From Octopus vulgaris (taxonomy: Eukaryota), in assembly GCA_951406725.2 (NCBI GenBank), contig OX597824.1, forward strand, positions 87,792,001 to 87,856,000: DNA of 64,000 bases, in the 5' to 3' direction. This document shows positions 37,713 through 50,235 of the stretch, piece after piece. The number at the start of each line of letters is the position of its first letter. Position 1 is the stretch's first letter. The position numbers were made by a program, and so were the translations under genes. The notes below the pieces were generated by a model. The model was not told where the DNA came from, ran no database searches, and saw nothing but the letters and a program-made list of their open reading frames with translations.

Positions 37713-39166
37713 ATATACTTAGTAAGTATACTCTGTAAAGTGGTTGATTAGCAGGGACATAAGAGTCAAAGGGACCCCTTTAGTCCCATCAAAGACATGG
37801 CAGTCCTCTCTAGCACTGGTGTCCCAATAAATTGCCCCCCAGTCTACGACATAAAGTGGTTGGCAATAAAAGGAACATTCATTTATAGAAATGAAGCCAA
37901 AATGTGATTTTTGAATGAGATGTGAACTTCAGACTTGTTTGTAAACAGTAACGATTCGTCCATTCTTTGCCAGAATGGAAAACAAATGGAAAGAACCAAC
38001 ATCAATAGCAATTATGTTATTGACATGCAGTAGGAGCCGAGACAGAAAATTTGGCTTTCAGCAAAACCTATTTGAGAAACTCTTTATTATCACATATAAG
38101 TAGAGAAAGAGAGTGGTAATAAGATTGCCTTTTCATGATTAAAAGAACCCACGATTCACAAGTTATTCAGAAAATAAAAGCTATTCAGAAATATACTTCA
38201 CAAGTATCTGATTTCATAATAATGGCATATAAATCTAAGAAAAGCTCATGATATAAGAAGCAGCTCAAGTTGTTAATTACTAAAGTACAACTGACTTAGG
38301 TAAACGAAATATAATTAGCTAAGAGAGTCAATGAATTAGCGAAGATAGTGATAGAATAATAAGACTCAGATTAGCGACAAGTAACACAACCGCATTCATG
38401 CAAAAGAACTGGTTTATTGAGGCCTTTGTGCAGGCTCCAAAAACACAAAGTTGATAAGTGATACATAACCATCACAGTTGGTGAACTCAGTTGTGATTTT
38501 GAAGTACGTAGGAGTGGCTGTGTGGTAAGTAGCTTGTTTACCAACCACATGGTTCCGGGTTCAGTCCCACTGCGTGGCACCTTGTGCAAGTGTCTTCTAC
38601 TCTAGCCTCGGTCCGACCAAAGCCTTGTGAGTGGATTTGGTAGACGGAAACTGAAAGAAGCCCGTCATATATATGTATATATATGTATGTGCGTGTATGT
38701 TTGTGTGTCTGTGTTTGTCCCTCTAGCATAGCTTGACAACCAATGCTGGTATGTTTATGTCCCCGTAACTTAGCGGTTCGGCAAAAGAGACCGATAGAAT
38801 AAGTACTGGGTTTACAAAGAATAAGTCCCGGGGTCGAGTTGCTCGATTAAAGGCGGTGCTCCAGCATGGCCGCAGTCAAATGACTGAAACAAGTAAAAGA
38901 GTATGAATGAATAGAGTGTTACTTCATTGAAAGCAGTGTTTATGGTACAAAAAAGAAATGAAACGGGAACTGTGGCACAAATGATCTTACCATTTGTAAC
39001 AAACTTTATAAAAGAAAAAAGGAAAAAAATCTAAGCAATTTACACCTTTAATGTCTGCTAAATGAGTCAAATTGAGTTTGTCCTTACCAAGAATTAAGAT
39101 AGTGGAGATAGATTAGAAGTTAGCAACTTAGAAATTGAGGATGAGGAAGATTATGAAACTGATATA

Positions 39167-39772
39167 TATTTCTTTATTGCCCAGAAGGGGCTAAACATAG
39201 AGGGGACAAACAAGGACAGACAAACGGATTAAGTCGATTACATCCACCCCAGTGTGATACTGGTACTTTATTTATTGACCCCGAAAAGATGAAAGGCAAA
39301 GTCGACCTCAGCAGAATTTGAACTCAGGACGTAATGACAGACGAAATACCTATTTCTTTACAACCCACAAGGGGCTAAACACAAAGAGGACAAACAAGGA
39401 CAGACAAACGGATCAAGTCGATTATATTGAACCCAGTATGCAACTGGTACTTCTTAATTTTATCAACTCCGAGAGGATGAAAGGCAAAGTCGACTTCGGC
39501 AGAATTTGAACTCGGAACATAAAGACAGATGAAATACCTATTTCTTTACTACCCACAACGGGCTAAACACAGAGAGGACAAACAAGGACAGACAAATGGA
39601 TTAAGTCGATTACATCGATCCCAGTGCATAACTGGTACTTAATTTCATTGACCCCGAAAGGATGAAAGGCAAAGTCGACCTCAGCAGAATTTGAACTCAG
39701 AACGTAGCTGCAGATGAAATACCGCTAAGCATTTCGCCCGGTGTGCTAACGTTTCTGCCAGCTCACCGTCTT
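39167..39772 (-). mobile_element. Family C SINE trimer
   Basis: Units 39167-39349, 39350-39537 and 39538-39722 plus a single head. Confidence 0.85.
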
Positions 39773-39776
39773 AATA

Positions 39777-39818
<42 letters not shown>

Positions 39819-40009
39819 CCTTTCTACTATAGGCACAAGGCCTGAAATTTGAGGGGACGGGGACTAATCGATTACATCAACCCCAATGTTTCACTGGTAC
39901 TTAATTTGTCCCCCACCCCACCCCCAAGATAAGCAAAATCAACGTTGGTAGAATTTGAACACTGAACGTAAAGATGCCGACTACGATAATAATAATAATA
40001 ATAATAATA

Positions 40010-40330
40010 GCCATGTGTTGAGAGGGATTGTTTGGGGTTTGAATAATTCACTTCTGGAAAGATGGGTGGTTCTTTCAACATCCTTAAACAACCCTTATTC
40101 AGGGACCTTTTGAGCGGGCTGGGCTACTCAACCTGAAGAAAATTCTAACTGGGCCCCACCTGCAAGGTCATGTGCTGTTTATCTTAATATGAGATCACCA
40201 TGTTGCGCACATATGGTTGTGATGCATGTGCCTGGTGTACCCTTATCAGACGGGTAGTCATGATGGGTATATTGGGCTTCGTATATTTTACCCCAGTGTC
40301 ACTTTGATGGCATGAACTGCTCTCTCACTC
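40010..40330 (+). mobile_element. Probable 3' fragment of an (AAT)n-targeting non-LTR retroelement
   Basis: Higher-GC segment bounded by (AAT)n on both sides and by a ~167-bp direct repeat; no ORF recognised. Confidence 0.5.
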
Positions 40331-40366
<36 letters not shown>

Positions 40367-40534
40367 CCTTTCTACTATAGGCACAAGGCCTGAAATTTGG
40401 TGGGGACTGGGACTAGTCGATTACATCAACCCCAATGTTTCACTGGTACTTAATTTGTCCCCCACCCCACCCCCAAGATAAGCAAAACCAACGTTGGTAG
40501 AATTTGAACACTGAACGTAAAGATGCCGACGACG

Positions 40535-40591
<57 letters not shown>

Positions 40592-43500
40592 CAGTAAAAA
40601 GATAAAATCATTTACTACGTAAACAAAAATTACTAGTAAGGAGAAATACTTTGAAGTGTTAAGAGTTTTTTTTTCTTTTAATTAATATAAGTTAATTATC
40701 TTTAATTCGATATTGAAAAAAACCACCAGCAATGCGATTAATTTGTCAAGGGAGAGCACTCTTATCGTTGTTCTCCCGGAGGAAATCAACACACTTTCTT
40801 CTCTTACCACACGCAGACACAAACACAATGATGTCTGTCCGTCACAAATTAACCGCTTATACTGATTGTTAAAGCGAGTAGCACGGGAGATCCAGATCAT
40901 GTGTATTGGATAGATATGGATAGCAACATTAAACGTACATATTATATTATACTATCAAAGCTTATTGGAAAAGTAAAAGGCCAATTATGAATTCAGTTTC
41001 ATTTTCCTAATTTAGAGGGAAAATGTGAAGAGAATATTAGCAAAAGTTATATGCATTTATGAATTGGAAAAGAATAGAACATTTGGGGGGGGGGCGATCC
41101 TTCGGTATAGGTACCGTAAGTACAGAAGTGGCTTTGTTTACATTTCTGAAGATAACGCAGGAGTGGCCGTGTGGTAAGTAGCTTGCTAACCAACCACATG
41201 GTTCCGGGTTCAGTCCCACTGCGTGGCATCTTGGGCAAGTATCTTCTGCTATAGCCTCGGGCCGACCAATGCCTTGTGAGTGGATTCGGTAGACGGAAAC
41301 TGAAAGAAGCCTGTCGTATATATGTATATATATATATATAAGTGTGTGTGTATATGTTTGTGTGTCTGTGTTTGTCCCCCTAGCATTGCTTGACAACCGA
41401 TGCTGGTGTGTTTACGTCACTTAGCGGTTCGGCAAAAGAGACCGATAGAATAAGTACTGGGCTTACAAAGAATAAGTCCCGGGGGTCGATGTGCGCAACT
41501 AAAAGGTGGTGCTCCAGCATGGCCGCAGTCAAATGACTGAAACAAGTAAAAGAGTATAACAGAAACCCTTTTCTCCCACTCCTAACTCTAACCCCCCCAT
41601 ATATATATATATAAAAAAAACACTTTCTTGAAATGTATCCGGTACTTCCGGTACCTATACCGAAGTTACGCCTTTTTTTGTATTGCGTATATGTAAATAC
41701 ACAACAAGCAATAACATTAGTGTTGTTATAACATCGTCGTCGTCATCATTATTTAACGTCCGTTGCCCATGCTAGCATGGGTTGGACGGTTCGATTGGGC
41801 TGGTAAGCTGGAAGGCTGTACCAGACCCCAGTCCGATTTGCCATGGGTTTTCTAACCATGCCCTTCCTAACGCCAACCACTCCGAGAGTGTAATAGGTGC
41901 ATTTACGTGCCACCGGCACGGGTGCCAACTTGCGTGACTCCGGTATCTGCCGCGACTGTGATTTTGTTTGCAGCAATAATGTATAAGATTTTTCTAATTT
42001 TGGCACAGGGCCAGCAATTTTTAGGGGAGAAGGCAAGTCGATTGCATCAACCCCAGTACTTGGCTGTACTGTATTTTATCGACCCTGAAAGAGATGACAG
42101 GCAAAGAAGGCCTCAATGGTATTTGAACTCTGAATGTAAAGAGGCAGATAAAATGCTGCTAAGCATTTCGTCCAAGGTGCTAGTAAAGTTTTGATTTCTT
42201 AAGCCCAAGGACAATTTTTCGAGTATTTATTAGCATTTAAACCGATCTAAGTAAATTACTGATATTTGTTTTTACTGCTCTGAAAAGAAGAAAAAGCAAA
42301 ACTGGAATCAGTGTGGTTTGAACTCAGAATGCAGGAATAGGAAACTAAATACTGTATTATGGCATTTAAAATGGAACTATATTTCTTTCAGTTCACCACT
42401 CGATGACTTATGTAATTCAACAAGGGCTCCATTGTAAGTAATGTACCTATGGTAAACCAGCTTGACGACTTCTGTTCAACCCTGCAAACTACTATTTTGT
42501 ACTTGCATGTGAGTCACCCTTTTCCCATAAAATACTTTGTAGAAATTACAGAGATGTACTTGCATAGCAAGTGACCTGATCTGAGAGTGTGTGCTGGCAC
42601 GAAAATAATTGCAGCATGGAAGGTGTCTATAAGCCATTTACGAAACACACAAAAGCCGTTAGATTCACTTCAACATATAAATTTAATTTGTCAAAATATT
42701 TTCGTCGCTTTGAGACCGTGACCTGTTCACTGACAAAATTCTGTGTTTTGTAGAAAAAGATAAAACCTAGCATTCAATATGTCTACTAAACATACAAAAC
42801 TTCAAAGCAAAATATTATGATTCATTGGTGCAGGCCTGGTCGAGTGTTTAAGAAGTCTGCTTTCCAACCCCATGGTTTTGAGTTCGATGTTGCTATGCAG
42901 CCCCCGGGAAAGTGACTATAAGCCTGGATTGGCCGAAGCTTTGAGAGTGGATTGGTAGACAGAAATTGAAGGAAACCTGGTGTGTAAGTGAATAACAGAG
43001 AGAGTGAGTGTGTGAACTATTGTCTTGAGTATGTCTCGCCATGAGAAATGTCACCCTGATTGAAAACAGGTGAGGGTTGGCAACAGGTAACGCAACCAAT
43101 CGCAAAAAAATTTGCTTCCAGCAAATTCTGTCTGGTTTATGCAAGCATGGATCAGTGGACATTAAATGTATTTCTTTACTACCCACAAGGGGCTAAACAC
43201 AGAGGGGACAAACAAGGACAGACAAACGGATCAAGTCGATTACATCGACTCCAGTGTGTAACTGGTACTTAATTTATCGACCCCGAAAGGATGAAAGGCA
43301 AAGTCGACCTCGGCGGAATTTGAACTCAGAACATAAAGACAGACGAAATACCTATTTCTTTACTACCCACAAGGGGCTAAACACAGAGGGGACAAACAAG
43401 GACAGACAAACGGATCAAGTCGATTACATCGACCCCAGTGCATAACTGGTACTTATTTTAGCAACACTGAAAGGATGAAAGGCAAAGTCGACCTCTCATC

Positions 43501-45183
43501 CTTTCGGGATCGATAAATTAAGTACCAGTGGACATTAAATGATGATGATGAAGCAGCAGTGCCAGCCAGTGGAAGGATGCAAACCACAAGTCTTCGACTG
43601 GTTTCCTTGGACCCTACCAACTCATCCGCACTCCAATGTCTGAGCTACTTCAAAGGAAACACGTATTCGTAAACTCATTCTGTTTGTACACATCATTTAT
43701 TTTAGAAACGAACATAGACATTTGCTTGCCACAAAAATAATTGTCTTACGGTTGGATGCCACTTACAATATTAACACTCAACACTCAAGCGTGAAGTAGA
43801 AGCGGAATCTATTATCGGCCAGTGAAGCGAGACGAGCAATGTCTCTGACTTGCGAGCAGAATGCAAAAGATTAGGCCAATGACTTCCACAAGATTTCATT
43901 TACTAATATATAACCAATCAATATTTCGTTCATGGTGAGGTGGAAGAACCATTAGTGCTTCAGTCAAAAATGTTTAGCAGCATTTCTTGTCACACTTTAT
44001 GTTCAAATGCCACAAGGGTCAACTTAGCTTTTCATTTTAAAGGTGGTGAGCAGACAGAACCTGGTTTGCATGCTGGGCAATATGCTTAGCAGTATTTTGT
44101 CAGTCTTTATGTTCTGAGTTCAAATCCTATTGAGGCCAACCCTTGCCTTTCATCCTTTCGGTGTCAATAAAGTAAATACCTATTTCTTTACTACCCACAA
44201 GGGGCTAAACACAGAGGGGACAAACAAGGACAGACATAGGTATTAAGTCGATTACATTGACCCCAGTGCGTAACTGGTACTTAATTTATCGACCCCGAAA
44301 AGATGAAAGGCAAAGTCGACCTCGGCAGAATTTGAACTCAGAACGTAACGGCAGACGAAATACCAGTAAGCATTTCGCCTGGCGTGCTAACGTTTCTGTC
44401 AGCTCGCAAGCCCCCTGTGGGCAATAAAGAAATAAAATACCAGTTGAGTGCTGAGGTCGATGTGATATTGACGTACTCCTTTCTCCTGAATTTGCTGGCC
44501 TTGTGCCAAAATTTGAAACCCACATTCATTCATTGAATAAAAGATTATCATCATTATTTAACATCTGCTTTCCATGCCGGCATGGATTAGATGGTCTGAC
44601 AGGAAACTGGTAAGCTAGGGAGCTGTACCAGGTTCCAATCTGATTTGGAAGGATTTCTATGGTTGGATGCCCTTCCTAACGCCAACAACTCCAAGAATGT
44701 AATGGGTGCTTTTTATGTGCCACCAGCACAGGGCCCATACAAAGCCTCAAAACAAAATAGTATGATACATTGGTGCAGGCCTGGTCGAGTGTTTAAGTTT
44801 GCTGCCCAATCACATGGTTTTGAGTTCGATGTTGCTATGCAGCCCCTGGGCAAGTGATTATAAGCCTGATACGGACATAAGCCATAACTATGGTCTCCAA
44901 AATAAAATTTCAAAAAACTGGAAAAAAAGAAGAGAGAAAAATGTTCTAAACAAAAGTGAAACTGATGCAGATGTACTTGTGTCAATCAATTGCATGTCAC
45001 AAGTGCAAGTTTCGCTGTGCTAATTAAACATCATCAAAACTATACATCTTGCTTTGATATCGCTTTACGTCTAACCTAAATGAAACAAGATACTGATTAA
45101 TAATCAGCAGCCACCATCCGAACATCGGTCATATTGATTTTTTGTTTTAGGCTTCATCTTGACACATTGGTATATTTTAAAGG

Positions 45184-45559
45184 AAGGCGGTGAGCTGGCA
45201 GACACGTTAGCACGTCTGCCGCTACGTTCTGAGTTCAAATTCCGCCGAGGTCGACTTTGCCTTTCATCCTTACGGGGTCGATTAAATAAGTACCAGTTAC
45301 GCACTGGGGTCGATATAATCGACTTAATCCTTTTGTCTGTCCTCTTTGTGTTTAGCCCCTTGTGGGTAGTAAAAAAATAGGTATTTCGTCTACCGCTACG
45401 TTCTGAGTTCAAATTCCGCCGAGGTTGACTTTGCCTTTTATCCTTTCGGGGTCGATAAATTAAGTACCAGTTTTGCACTGGGGTCGATGTAATCAACTTA
45501 ATCTGTCTGTCCTTGTTTGTCCCTTCTATGTTTAGCCCTTTGTGGGTAGTAATGAAATA
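45184..45559 (+). mobile_element. Family C SINE dimer
   Basis: 15-bp TSD ggtatattttaaagg at 45169-45183 and 45560-45574. Confidence 0.87.
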
Positions 45560-46466
45560 GGTATATTTTAAAGGTTATTGATAATCATCATCATCATCAT
45601 CAGCATTTTAATATCAACTTCTTCATGCTGGAGAGGATTTCTTCAGCTGGATTATACACGCCCTGATACCTTCTACATATCAAATTTGAGTGCAATTGGA
45701 TGGAGGATACCCGAGATCCTAGAAGACACACACACAGACAGGCAGAACGGATTTTATATACGATATATATATATGTGGCTGTGTGGTAAGTAGCTTGTTT
45801 ACCAACCACATGGTTCCGGGTTCAGTCCCAATGCGTGGCACCTTGGGCAAGTGTCTTCTACTATAGCCTCGGGCCGACCAAAGCCTTGTGAGTGGATTTG
45901 GTAGACGGAGACTGAAAGAAGCCCGTCGTATATATGTATATATACATATATGCGTGTATGTGTTTGTCCCCCTAGCATTGCTTGACAACCGATGCTGGTG
46001 TGTTTATGTCCCCGTTACTTAGCGGTTCGGCAAAAAGAGACCGATATAATAAGTACTGGGCTTACAAAAGAATAAGTCCCGGGGTCGAGTTGCTCGATTA
46101 AAGGCGGTGCTCCAGCATGGCTGCAGTCAAATGACTGAAACAAGTAAAAGAGTAAAGAGTATATATATAATTACATATTATATTTTATATTCTATTTTTC
46201 TATTTCCTTGTCTAATTATATTTACAATATATTTTGTATAATGCCTTTACTGTTATGTAATGGTGTAATAAAGTATTGATTGGATATCATCTGTTGGTTG
46301 ATGTTTGATTGATTTAAGTATGTTTCTCCATTTTCTAATTTTGTAGAATATATATATATATAATAATAATAAATATTAGGGAATAAATCCAAATTTACAG
46401 GGAAAAAATCAGATTTAGGATTAAATCCAATTTTATAGTAAAATTTGAAACTGATATATTGGAAGT

Positions 46467-46509
46467 CCACCTGAAGATTGTCGATCAAGACAAGAAATAA
46501 TTGTAGTGG
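46467..46509 (+). ncRNA. Type-I hammerhead ribozyme motif in a Penelope-like terminal repeat
   Basis: CCAC|CTGAAGA|TTGTC-GATCAA-GACAA|GAAA|TAATTG|TA^|GTGG; followed by ATTAAA and a (TA)n tail near 46600. Confidence 0.72.
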
Positions 46510-46700
46510 CGGTTTTTTTGACTATTTATTAAAATTTTATGTATTGATTAAGTCTTTCCTTGTTTGTTTTGCAAAATAGTGGTTTTGTCTCTAATAATAT
46601 TTTATATATATATCATCATCATCGTTTAACGTCCGCTTTCCGCGCTAGCACGGGTTGGACGGTTTGACCGGGTCTGGGAAGCCAGGGGCCGCTCCAGGCT

Positions 46701-46852
46701 AGAGAGGAGAAAACAAATTCAAAAGCCGATGTATACAGTCATTCAATCTATATTAATGAAATTCACCATAGTATACAAGGTATATCGAGAGTTTCGTTAA
46801 TATGGACTGAATGAATATATACACTGGCCTTTGAATTTGTTTCTCCTCTCTC
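46701..46852. repeat. Imperfect inverted repeat (arms ~46701-46764 and ~46789-46852)
   Basis: agagaggaga(a)aacaaattcaaa… pairs with …tttgaatttgtttctcctctct. Confidence 0.8.
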
Positions 46853-47353
46853 TAATTTCATATTCCTGAAGCTCTATCAGAGCGCTACTTGGTTGAGCTG
46901 TATAAAGTGGATATCTACATCACTTATTTCTGCATTGTTCTACACACACATACACAATAGGCACAGGAGTGGCTGTGTGGTAAGGAGCTTGCTTACCAAC
47001 CACATGGTTCTGGGTTCAGTCCCACTGCTTGGCACTTTGGGCAAGTGTCTTCTACTATAGCCCCGGGCCGACCAATGCCTTGTGAGTGGATTTGGTAGAC
47101 GGAAACTGAAAGAAGCCCGTCGTATATATGTATATATATATGTGTGTGTATGTTTGTGTGTCTGTGTTCGTCCCCCTAACATCGCTTGACAACCGATGCT
47201 GGTGTGTCTACATCCCTGTAACTTACCGGTTAGGCAAAAGAGACCAATAGAATAAGTACTAGGCTTACAAAGAATAAGTCCTGGGGTCGATTTGCGCGAC
47301 TAAAGGCGGTGCTCCAGTATGACCGCAGTCAAATGACTGAAACAAGTAAAAGA

Positions 47354-47389
<36 letters not shown>

Positions 47390-47601
47390 ATAGGTGAATG
47401 AATTATCCTATGTTTGCTGTCAACATGGAAAATTCGATGAACCGATACGAGGGTAGCAAATTCACGTCAGAAACACGGTTGAAGCGACCGTTTATTCCTT
47501 TGCAATGAAACCATGTTGTCTTCGAAACATATGTCGAGAGTAAAGGAATTTTGTTAACATCTTCGTCCAACTCCATTCATTTATTTACTTATATATACAT
47601 A

Positions 47602-47632
<31 letters not shown>

Positions 47633-47851
47633 TGGACAGGAAAATGAATGTAAAACAATAAAAAAAAAACCCAATTTGCTACGGTGTAACAATTTTCTTA
47701 GTAGTACAGCCAATGTTTCCTTTTCCAACAATATTAATTGCTAGAAAACAAGGGAGGTGCACTTAAAACTAACCAGCAACAATACATATTATTATCTTAC
47801 TATTTGGATATTTGGTAACACAAACAAAACAAAAACTGCAGGTAAACTTAC

Positions 47852-48385
47852 CTGAGACCTTCATTGGTGATATGGAAACAACCAGATAGATTCAGATATG
47901 TAAGTCCTCTGCTTTGCTCCTGACAAGATTGTGGTTTGATTTTAGTCAGTGTCCGATCACAAGTCAAAAAGTCACTAAACGACATAAATTCGTTATGAAG
48001 TTTCTTCAGCGAATTTGAAGTCCTTAAAGTCTGTCGTAAATTGTCTCTGTTGTTCATGACAACGTTTTCATATTTATTTGCATTCAAGGGACAAGAAACC
48101 GTCGGGATGTTGCAGCCGATGCAGCAATCCGGCAACAGGTCATCGCCGATGTTAAATGGCCGTAGTTCTGAGCAGTTTTTATTTTGCATGCCACACTGCG
48201 ATGACACGAATGGACAAGATTCGATTTCTGAAGACGTTTTCAGCTTCAAAATGGGGAACGATTTAGAGTTAAATACTGGATTTCCTACAACCAGCGAGAT
48301 TTTTTTCAGAGTCTTATCAGTGATATTAATACAACCAGTAAAATCTAGGTGTTGTAGTTTATAGCCACAGCCATTTTCACCAAGA
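47852..48385 (-). CDS. FBXL5: FBXL5 large exon: LRR (LQHLDFTGCINITD), Cys-rich insertion, LRR (LTYLNLSGCFHITNEGLR)
   Basis: Inside ORF 47848..48483; acceptor ttctttcag, donor AG|gtaag; 534 nt, phase 2 to 2. Cys-containing LRR motifs at both ends. Confidence 0.95.
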
Positions 48386-49580
48386 CTGAAAGAAGAAAGC
48401 AAAATCACATTAGGTGTGTGTATGTCTGTGCGTTGTGTATGTGTGTGGGAGTATATAGACACACATAGATCCCCCCCCACCATTTACTTTGATCTTTTTC
48501 AATCATCATCATTGTTTAACGTCCGCTTTCCATGCTGTCATGGGTTGGACGATTTGAGTGAGGACTGGCAAACCAGATGGCTGCACCAGGCTCCAATCTG
48601 ATCTGGCAGAGTTTCTACAGCTTTCTACAGGTTGGCTTTAGGAGTGGCATCCAGCTATAGTAACTATGCCAAATCAGACAACTGGAGCCTGGTGCAGCTC
48701 TCCAGCCATGCCAGCTCCTGTTAAACCATTGAATCCATGCCAGCATGGAAAATGGGTGTTAAATGATTATGATGATGAGTGTCATCCATAGAAATTCAAG
48801 GTGGATGATTTTAAGTGATTCATCATCATCATCGTCTAACGTCTGCTTTCCATGCTAGCATGTGTTGGATGATTTGACTGAGGGCTGGCGAACCAGATGG
48901 CTGCACCAGGCTCCAATCTGATCTGGCAGAGTTTCTACAGCTGGATGCCCTTCCTAACGCCAATCACTCCGTGAGTGCAGTGGGTGCTTTTACATGCCAC
49001 CAGCACGAGGGCCAGTCTGGCGGTACTGGCAACAGCCACGCTCAGATGGTGTTTTTTACGTGCCACCTGCACGGGAGTCAGTCCAGCGGCACTGGCAATG
49101 ACCTCACTCAGATGTTTTGTTCATGTGCCACCGACACAAGTGCCAGTAAGGCAACGCTGGTAACGATGTTAAATGATAATGATGATCCATTAAGCATTTT
49201 TATATCACTTCCTTCACAACTTGGATGGATTTATAACAAAGCCAGATGCGTGTATCAGGATTTTACATTCTTCCCCAATACAGTTAATCATTTATAAATA
49301 AATTACTTAGTCCCACTAAAATTTATGTAAATAAAGGGAATATGTTTTGTTTAAAGGTACAATATAATAGCTATTACATCTATTAAATTTAGTATTAACA
49401 TAAAATAATTATAATACTGATAGAGGTAGCATTAATTAGAAATTCATTTCATAAATCTAAATTAAAATCTAAAGATCTTATTGACAAAAGAAATTGAAAA
49501 TTGGAACAAGACAATTTCACTGACAGTTTTAACAGTTTATAATTATAAATGAAAATTTTTAAGAACAAAACAGAACTAAC

Positions 49581-49663
49581 CTTTTGAATGCTTTATCAGA
49601 GATTTTTGTTTGAGAAATATCTAGGAACTCTAAGTTAGGACAAAAGGACAAAAATTCTCGAAG
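49581..49663 (-). CDS. FBXL5: FBXL5 LRR exon (LREFLSFCPNLEFLDISQTKISDKAFK)
   Basis: Acceptor ttttattgcag, donor AG|gttagt; 83 nt, phase 0 to 2. Aligns with human CPNLEHLDLTQTDISDSAF. Confidence 0.92.
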
Positions 49664-50235
49664 CTGCAATAAAAAAGAAAATGTTAATCAAACAATTTGA
49701 ATAAAGGATTTTTTGGGTTTTTTTTTTAAACATGGAAAGAATTCTTAAATAAATGACAGTGACTCTGACAATCATACATAAATAATTACACTTATTTTGA
49801 GAAGCTGAGACCAGAAGATGCAAGTTTAAAAGATAATTATATTTTAGTTTACAGAACAGAGTTATCTATCTTGAATGAACATATTTTTGAAGCAGTCAAC
49901 AAGGCAATCAATAACCAATTGGTGTTTCCACTGTGTTCACCACTCACAGCATTTCCCCTCTATCCATCTGCCCCTCTCCTTCACACTCCTATGAACTTAC
50001 TTACCCACCCATGCAACTTCTCTTACATTCACTTTCCTGTAACCTGAAAGGGCACCCTGATACATCTTCACCACCATCTTTCGTTTCCAACTAGAGTAAC
50101 TGTATAATCTCCCCACAGCAACACACCTGTTCCTGTCCCTTCTATCATACCCTAACCTCTCATCACCTGGCATAAAGCCACCTCCCTCGATACAACTCCT
50201 CACAAAGCTGAGTAGAGGTCTTGTCTTGCAAGTTA

